From assembly GCA_013115145.1 (NCBI GenBank), contig JAAPAO010000087.1, positions 22,354 to 86,353 on the forward strand: 64,000 nt of DNA, in the 5' to 3' direction. Shown here piece after piece: positions 52,449 to 64,000 of this stretch (position 1 is the stretch's first letter; each line of letters begins with the position of its first letter). A program made the position numbers and the translations under genes. Under the pieces are notes generated by a model, which worked only from the letters and a program-made list of their open reading frames with translations, had not been told where the DNA came from and did no database searches. This DNA is from Perkinsus chesapeaki ATCC PRA-425 (lineage: Eukaryota > Protista > Perkinsozoa).

Positions 52449-52935
52449 TTATGTAGACAGAGAGTAACCGATTAGCTACCGGATCTTATTTCCGTTACAG
52501 CTCAGGGCTCATATAATGCGACTATAATATTATTAAGTAGTTTATGTCAGAAGTCATCACGAATGACAGTTATCCAAGCCAACTTGTGGCACCTCTCGGT
52601 CTTCATCTATTTGTGAGCCAACGTAATGTTCTTAGAGTTCAGCTTAGTTACGATTTGGCCTTGTGGAGTTCTAACGTCTCTTATCATTAAGGAGATGTTC
52701 TCCCGATGCCTTTCGCATACCTGGACTCACTCACAAACAATTGTTTATAATGTTGTCATTTATAATAATAAACATAGTCTCATACCTTTGCTTTGTATAA
52801 CCTGTTATTTGGTTGTGTTGTTATCTGAGGGTATCATTAAGTGTGTTGGTCTGCTTGTCGGGTATCTCCCTTTTCTTCAATACTTCGTCAATCTAAAACC
52901 TTCCTCCTTTTCAGAGCCTTTCAGTTATACATCAA

Positions 52936-56365
<3,430 letters not shown>

Positions 56366-56475
56366 TGATGATGCATGGTTCCTTTCTATACAATAAAGGA
56401 TATTTTATTGTGTTGAGTCAATAATGTCACCAGTTTTATCATCGTTCGTCCGCTTACCACCGACTGATAGTGCCG

Positions 56476-56546
56476 TTTCCGTGGTATCTTTCTCACATCA
56501 CCTTTCCGTGGTATCTTTCTCATATCACCTTTCCGTGGTATCTTTT
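56476..56546. repeat. 27-bp tandem repeat, ~2.6 copies
   Basis: tttccgtggtatctttctca(c/t)atcacc at 56476 and 56503, plus a partial copy at 56530. Confidence 0.9.
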
Positions 56547-56635
56547 CCGTATAAGGTTCCTTCTTCCCCTTCCTACTATATACGCAACAGTAAGGCTATA
56601 GAAACTAGACGTTTAATGATACCATAGTAAAACAG

Positions 56636-59535
56636 TTATCGCCTCTCCAGCGTAAGCTTCAGTAAATTAGACGGTTCATCAAGCAATAGGGAATCTTTCG
56701 ACAACTTGCTCAATGAATCCATCATAGCCTTTGGCATCTTGGAATAATAGCTAAGCAGCGCTACGGCTACCATTTGAGAGTCGACACTCATCTTGATCAA
56801 CGGTGGTGCCCCACCGTGCACCCCACAGTAGAGAGGGGTCAATAAAGCCTGGATGGGCACGAACTGCTCCTTTGCTTCCGCCGACCCCGCAGCGGTCAGT
56901 TGCCCAATCACCGACAGTACGTAGAGGAGCTCTGGGCCTCCAGGGTGATGGATGCTCAAATGCCAGGCTAATCGCGGCAATCTCCGTAACAGTGCTGATC
57001 GCATTCCCTCTGACACAACTCTTGAGCATATAGCGTTGAGTGGATACTCTCTGAGAGGTGACGGTGGCTCCTCTACTGCGGTCGAACACATAGCAGCCAC
57101 TGTGGGAAGGATTTGCAGGAATAGGGGGCTCTCTGCTGCCACTGGATAGACCTTGGATTCGCCCACCGACGTAACCTTTGGCAGTTGTCCGACGGGTGCC
57201 CGTCGGTGCCCCTTCTTCATCACATCATTCGTTTGCTCTTCCTCCACGGCTGTATCATCTCCCTCCATAGATTCATCGTCACTGTCCTCGGCCAGTATCG
57301 CAAATGCCCCACCGCTCCTCTTAGCAGGGCGACCCTTCTTGGCAACCTTCTTAGATTGTTCTGATAACGGCACAGTGAATGCTTGGAATGAGTCCCATTT
57401 CATACCGCTCTCTTGATTATCAACCGAACTATTCTCCATATCATCCTCCTCTTCTACGTCCAACCCAGCCAGTCGCCATAGACCCTTTCGTACCAAAAGG
57501 GTGGCACGGGTGAGCTGACGTAGATGGCCAACCTTCCGACTTGGCTGCAGTGCCTTTGATGCGAGGGACATCCAAGGGCCAAGGGAAGTGACCTATCCAC
57601 ACCGCTGAGGACACCGATCACATCAATCTGCGACTTACTTCATACGTTTCCGAGCTACGCTTGGCCGCGGTAGAAGTTGTGATGCGCTCGGCTTGCTCAA
57701 CCAAGAAGGATACTACCAGCTTTTGCTCCTTGGGCAACAGCTCTGGTTTGCCTACTAGCAGCAATCACCAAGGCATTACAACTTCGGTATTACTCTCGAG
57801 CAGCTGTCCCTTAGCATAGTTCAGCTCATCGATAAGCTCATATAGGTGTCTGTCAGATGACGTGGATGGCGGGCGCGCTGGGAAATCTTTGAGAACTGCC
57901 TCTACTAGTGAACCACAGTTAGAGATGGATAGCCACTCCAGAGCTATCGCCGCATTGGTGCTCTGAGGTAACAAAGATCCTTGTATGGAATATAATAGAC
58001 TGTAGCGTGCGTTATAATACAGCTACGGCCCTTCTACGCATTGCTTCAACATCAATGTGCTCGGCAAGTGGTTTGATAATTAAACGAGTCCTCTCTATGA
58101 AGCTTCCAAAGATAGAACGGGTACTACCCAGAGCCAGAAGTCATCCAGTAGCATCGCCCCATGCCACTCCCTACTACCTCAGCAATAAGTAGGCGTCTCT
58201 TGGTCAACTCCGCCGGAGAGCGTGTGAGGCCGGCATTATTGATATCAAGCCACAGATTCAACAGCTGCTTTGACAGCTTCCCAGATGTATCATCCGATAG
58301 CTTAGTAGTCTTAGGATTGTGCTCCTCCACAGTGGCTCCGAAACATGCAGCCAGGGTGAATGGGCCACCACCAGCGCTGCTGCTGCTGACACCTGAACAC
58401 AGTAGCAGATACCCACATAGGAACACCTCAAACTGGTCGATCCGCAGCCTTTACGAGCTGGTCCTACCGCCCTTCGAATAGCCGCACTACCGTCATTTCT
58501 TTGCCCCTTAGTACCATTGCAGCCATCAGCCGCTGCCCGTTGTAAAAGCAAAGCTACACATTCCAGGTTATGTACCGTCACTTTCTGGCTCGACAAGAAA
58601 GCCTGTCAAATAGACCGTAAAGACGATAAACCACCGACTACTACGTTGGCCAGTTTGGCAGCTTCTGCCGGAGGCATGATGGCGTTCTTTATGCCGATGT
58701 CACCTTGCGATAATATAGCTGCCAGAAATGAGGAAGTGTCGGCTCGAATCTGAAAACCGAAAGTGAAGCTTTCGATAGAAATAGATTTATTTCCCCCGAT
58801 ATTACCTCCGAGTCCACATGCGTTATACCAGCCCTAAGCTGGGCACAGAGAAGCCGGCCGAATGGCTGGATATCTTGATAAGGTAGTGCAGAGAATAGAA
58901 CGGACAGGAACTCCGAACAAAGCCTTCGAACATCAATATCAGCATCACCTATTAGCAGAAAGCAGGCTATTCCGACGATATCATGTATTAGTAGCCTTAC
59001 AGATGCATGGTGTAACAGTGTTGAGGACCTTAGCCGCTGCTTCCACCGCAGACGTCAGACGGTGCTCGTAGCTCTCTCCATCCTTATAGTCTAAACAGGG
59101 GGTTTACTGCAGGCCTGGAGATGCAATTTACTACCTTCCGCAAAACAAAAGTTCTTGAGGGCAATTAGAGCATCACGCCGTTTGAATACGTTGTAGTGTC
59201 TCACTTGGGATAGTATCGCCCTACAGAGTGCAATTGCAGCCACAATCGGCCAGCAGCAGCCTCCTCACTGTAGTTTTGCAGAGGCCCCAGATTTGTCCTC
59301 AAGAATACTCTGCCGCGCGAGGACGACCCGCTTGGCTCGGAATTGATCGACATTAGTCTGACATGCACAGCCTCCCCAGCGCTGGCGGCCGTCACCACTC
59401 CCACACTACCTGGTTCCGCGGCACAACTTTGCCTTTGCCAACTTTCAGCTTTTTCTTCTCAAAATCCTTCTTAACTCCGGAGTTGCCTGATTTATTAGAC
59501 AAGAATCCTCCGCTCTTTTTGGCACCACGAACCAT
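56636..59535 (-). CDS. TEX10: TEX10/Ipi1 pre-rRNA processing (Rix1 complex) protein; the 3' end may extend to ~56390
   Basis: KKDFEKKKLKVGKGK...QTNVDQFRAKRVVLARQSIL and HYNVFKRRDALIALKN match the Ipi1/TEX10 N-terminal signature. Downstream exons lead into the 311-aa ORF. Confidence 0.78.
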
Positions 59536-59832
59536 AGGGAAGAAATGAGGGGAATCCCTGATAAATACGCACTTCTCGTACGGCGGCTGAATGTTTTTTA
59601 GAGAGAAATGACACACCCATAAATCGAACCTGGATTGTTAGGATGAACGACCTTCAGCAAACCCTACTAAGCTGTTTCGATCTACGTATTGCTGCCTCCA
59701 AATGAAGGGTTGGCATTTGTCCCCCGAAATATTTGTTTGCAACTCGAATATCAACCTCAAGATCGGGTTAGGTGCGCAAATCATTTATCTGGTGACGCCA
59801 ATGTGTGCAGCAGCTATTAACAGCTTTATTTA

Positions 59833-62800
59833 ATGCGTGAAAATATCGTAGTTGGTATCAGAATCCGCCCACTGAGCGGCATTGAGGATAAGGCGGCACA
59901 GGAACATCGTTTGAAGGATAAAACATGCACACAGGTTACTGACCCTTTCCTAGGCCTTGCCGTCTGGTGGACCTTTCAGACCTCCGGCAAGGACCATTGC
60001 ATCCGAGTCACTGACCCACTGGACTTCACCTCTCAACGAGTGTTCTCCTACGATGAGATATTCGATTCAAACAGGTGAGATTCACCTACAAAGGTTACTG
60101 CATTTCAAAAGGGGAGCTGGATCGCCTATTAGTCTTCCATGCATTTTAAAAGAACTCTGACATGTTGCCGCGTTCGCTTCCCCTAATAGGAATTATTTTT
60201 CAGCGCTACGCACGAAGCAACTCAAAAGGACGTATATGACCGGCTGGGTAGGCAGGTGTTTGACAGAGTTTTAGAGGTAGAGGCAACAACGTACCATGTG
60301 ACCACTCGACTCTACAGGGCTATAATACCTGTTTGATGGCCTACGGTGTCGTGGGAACCGGAAAGACGTATTCCCTGAATGGGTAAGAAGCGTAGGGTAA
60401 GGGAAATAAGCGACTTCCCTGTAGGAAATTAGGGGACGAAAAGGAGGAGGGAATCGTACCACGATTTCTGAGGGACCTTTTCAACCATCCTAACCTAACC
60501 GAAGTACACATGACGTATTATGAGCTCCACAATGACCGACTTCATGACCTTTTCCGAACCACGTAAGGCATTTGGTCCCGAGTACTAGCCCCCTATCAGT
60601 GGCTTTTTAGAGACCAACAGACCACAGAGCTCAAAGTTCATCACCATCCTAGGATAGGCGTGAGAAAAGTATTCCGGCAGATGTTCAATGAGTCAGTTAT
60701 TAGGTGTATATTGAGAATTCCAAAGAGACGGCATGTGACAGTTTCGATCAAGCCATGGACTTGCTCAGATTTGGTCAGACCATGCGGACCACTCTGCACA
60801 CTAACATTCACGGCGATGGGTCTCGGTGGGGCGGCTGATGATGAAATACCTTCTAAAGTGTGGCCCGTCAGGTCACATATTATACTTCGATTACGAGTCG
60901 AAATAGATGGGAGGATGACAACAACTCACTTTGTCGATCTGGCTGGCCGAGAGAGCAAGGCAGAGCTTAATGGCCACAAGTACGTCGCAGAATAACCTTG
61001 TATGCGTCCACCACTATGTCAGACTTAAGGAGGTGTCCTTCGTTAACAAGTCCCTATTTGAGCTTGCCAACTGCATTCACGCCTTGTCGTCCAACCAACA
61101 CGGCCACATAGCTGGACAGATACCTTTTAGGAACAGCAAGCTCACATTGCTTCTCTCTGGTATCGTCCTAGACCACTCGCCACTGCCACTTGCCCGTCAG
61201 ACTGTCTCCTTGGAAACTGCAAGACCCACATGCTCACCACGGTGTCCCCAGCGGCCACAGCCTATCATGATACCGTTTCCTCTCTGAGGTGAAGCGCTGT
61301 GGCAGCAGCAGTCACCGTCTCAAAGCCATCATTAGATTCGCCTCCGCGGTTAAAGGCATCAAGTGCAAGTGCATTCCGATAGAGAAGGGCAACAAGACAG
61401 ATTGTGTCGTCAAGCTTGAGGTCGGCCATGCTTCCCAATAGTGGTTCAGTCTCGCCTTTTCAGGAAGAGATTGTGAAACTGAAGGAGCAACTCTCCGAGC
61501 TCAGAAATGACCATCCCGCACAAGCGTTACACGGCAAGGTTCCAGCCAACCACCCGGTCACTGCGTTATACGAATCTCGCAGGATATAGAGGAGAAGCTC
61601 GCTGTGATGGCAGCGGCTCGGGACAAATACAAACAACAGTGGGAGGAAGCTATCGAGGAAGCCTCTGCACACAAGGATGATCGAAAGGGTCTTCTCAAGT
61701 GGGGCGATTAGTGGCATACAAGGAATGATTCATCTCAGACGCCTCGGTCTGGCAGTGGACGAAGAACAACTTGGCGACCCGTCCAAGAAGCGTTTGCATC
61801 CATTACTCATGAACTTGAGCGATGATGCCTTTATAAGTGGCGGCAGGCTCCTCTACGCCTTGCCCGGGTCATCGACTACCATCGGTAGCTCGGATGATGA
61901 TACCATCACAGTCAAGGGTGAGTTTCCTTGCTGGCCTCATATTGGCTAAGGTCAGCTAGGCGCTGGAGTGGAGCCTCATATGCTCACTATCGAGAAGACG
62001 TATACAGAAAGAGGTGAAGGCCAGGCAACAGAAGATCTCCACCTCAAAGCTGTCGTACCTAGACAAAGCTCCAGCAGAGTGTGGCTCACTATGACGGCCT
62101 CACTTTAGCGAATTTGTTGGTGCGCTTTGTCAGGTGCTGGTAAACGGACATAGAGTGCCTGTTGGGTCGGGGTGCTCGCTTAATCAAGGAGATCGCATAA
62201 TGCTAGGCCACGCTAGAGTCTTCCGTCTAGTTATACCTACCGAGGGTGAATCGGCTGAGTACCATGCCCAGGCCGAGGAGGCCAGGATTAGGGAGGCTCG
62301 AAAGCACGGTCTGCCCTCTCCTGCACAAGTTGGTTCCCAGCAGCTCACTTTGCGGACAGCTGCTTGTTGGGTTAGACCGCTCTTGGCGAAGTGGAGGATG
62401 AACAGTCGGCCGAACTAGTCAGACTGAAGCCCTACCTCCGTCAGCGTTTGTCCGACACCTTGCCACCTGTGAGACATCTTCGCTGCATATATATCTAGCA
62501 CGTGGCTGCTCAGCAACGGTTAGAGCTGTTTCGCAAGACGCTACACTATGCCAGCTCTCTAGTGGACGAGGCAAACAGACTCACGCATGAAATTCGTCCG
62601 CAGGTGAGAGGGCCCGGCTCTCCACTTCTCACGATGTTGTCGTTGCAGGATAAGCTCGCCTTCCACTTGGCGTTCATTGAAGGCTTCGAATTCGACAACA
62701 GCCAGCCCCCGGCGCCCAGTAGCCCATCGCGCCTTAGCCCGTTACGTCGTAACGCACCAGTCTCGCCCAGATCTCCTCAATTGGTGAAGAGAGCGGAATC

Positions 62801-63791
62801 TCCGAGAAAGGGTGAGCTCTACAACCGAGGTTTAGAAGTCCCGATCGCTCAACAGGCGAGGCACCAGCAATTCCCTTCATAGTGAGACTTGTTCAAAGGC
62901 CACCGCCAGAGGTCGGCACTGAAGTGAGCTACACTACTGTGGGCTCGGGGGACAGCTGTCCTCAGGATATGGCAAAGTGGCAAAAGGCAGTCAACGAAGT
63001 GGTAGAGAAGATACGCGAGAGAAAACGTCATGAACCTCATGCAAGAAGTCCAACCGTCAGCACCACCGTCCATGGCATAAGCCCCGAGGCACGCATTCCC
63101 GGGCGTTGCATACCTCGCTCGACTGGCTGACAGGTTGCCGACCTGATTGGTATATCGAGGGAGCCTGGTCCTTTCGATGATACCTTGTCTGATGGCAATG
63201 CCCATGCTAGAGCGGCTGCTTTACTGCCCGGTTAGTTTGGGAGCGGGTCTTCCGGGGCCACTTGACATTTCAGCGACTGAGCGAGAGATATCGGTCTGGT
63301 CATTTGAGAAGTTTGAGCAACGGCTAAGTCAAATTAGAGATATTCATCGGGCAACAACTGGAGACAACTCAATCGCATTCGACCACTACCTGGAAGAGAA
63401 CCCCGGTCGGCAACCTACTTGACTGGTATCATCGCTCTCTTTAGGGAACGATCCATGGCGTGACTGGGGTCCTCAGTCTGTCTCAGCAATGTTGGCCAGG
63501 ATAGGCGACCTCGAGCGCAGACTGGAGCAAGCTGTCACCGAGCAAGGAAAGGACGAACAGGTTGGCTGGAAAGTTATCGTGTACTCAACTTTGGACAGAT
63601 TGAAGCTCTGTGTGCAAGAATCACCGTACTTGAGACGGAGAATCGCATAAAGAGGAAACTGGATTTGGGTAAGCCAGCAGTCTGGCATCCTCGGTGGTGG
63701 CTATTAACACTTTACAGAGAAAGATATCAAGGAGATTGACAACCTAGAGCGTCTTGAGGTGAAGGCCTACACGAGCAGGTTCTCGACTTGA
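59833..63791 (+). CDS. Kinesin-3 family motor (motor + coiled coil + FHA), divergent
   Basis: NIVVGIRIRPL, FSYDEIFDS, AYGVVGTGKTYS, GIVPR, LKVHHHPRIGVYIE, SRSH, FVDLAGRE, RLKEVSFVNKSL, IPFRNSKLTLLL, LMNLSDD and FHA VLVNG...LNQGDRIMLGHARVFRL, plus ISVWSFEKFEQRL. Confidence 0.9.
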
Positions 63792-64000
63792 GCTTAATTC
63801 GGCAATGTGTTGCTTGTGAATTATTTCCATCTATCTTTGAAATGTTGTTGTCTTGGCAGTTGGTAACCGTTCATAAATCAAGCGACCATCCGATGGTCAC
63901 CATTGTTATGTGCCTTCAGCTTAGTAGCAGTGGCGTAGCTGGGTACTTGACAGTGGGGGGGGCAAGGTGGGGGCGGACCTACACCGCTAAGGGTCAATTA

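Noticed and set aside
56476-56546. Direct repeats as a CRISPR array
   Set aside because: Head-to-tail copies with no unique spacers, eukaryotic context and no cas genes.

Overview
Eukaryotic, gene-dense, intron-rich nuclear DNA with short (~40-70 nt) GT-AG and occasional GC-AG introns. Intron style, single-exon secreted aspartyl protease and long same-strand gene runs suggest a Perkinsus-like alveolate (inference). Most short ORFs in the supplied track are exon fragments or antisense shadows. Hand-spliced gene order: PAN/Apple-like protein (3' part), SHAQKYF Myb, signal-peptide SAM methyltransferase-domain protein (+ strand). A ~35 kb minus-strand block follows: hypothetical, TMEM184/OSTalpha, lysine-type (IIIK) phosphoglycerate dehydrogenase, a giant TRRAP/Tra1 pseudokinase with a 10.6 kb first exon, hypothetical, degenerate AMP-binding protein, At1g75140-like membrane protein, coiled-coil protein, aspartyl protease and three Cys-type GSTs. 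Then a plus-strand block of four TM-RING-H2 ligases and a BLM-like RecQ, including a tandem segmental duplication that left a RecQ pseudogene and patches of perfect identity. The window ends with TEX10/IPI1 (-) and a divergent kinesin-3 (+). I saw no rRNA, tRNA, SL RNA, CRISPR array or intact transposon. I did not find a demonstrably new multi-gene system. The best leads are the RING/RecQ duplication with mosaic homogenisation, the TM-Glu RING family, the IIIK PGDH, polycistron-like packing and several apparent pseudo-enzymes. All exon boundaries were inferred by eye and are approximate.
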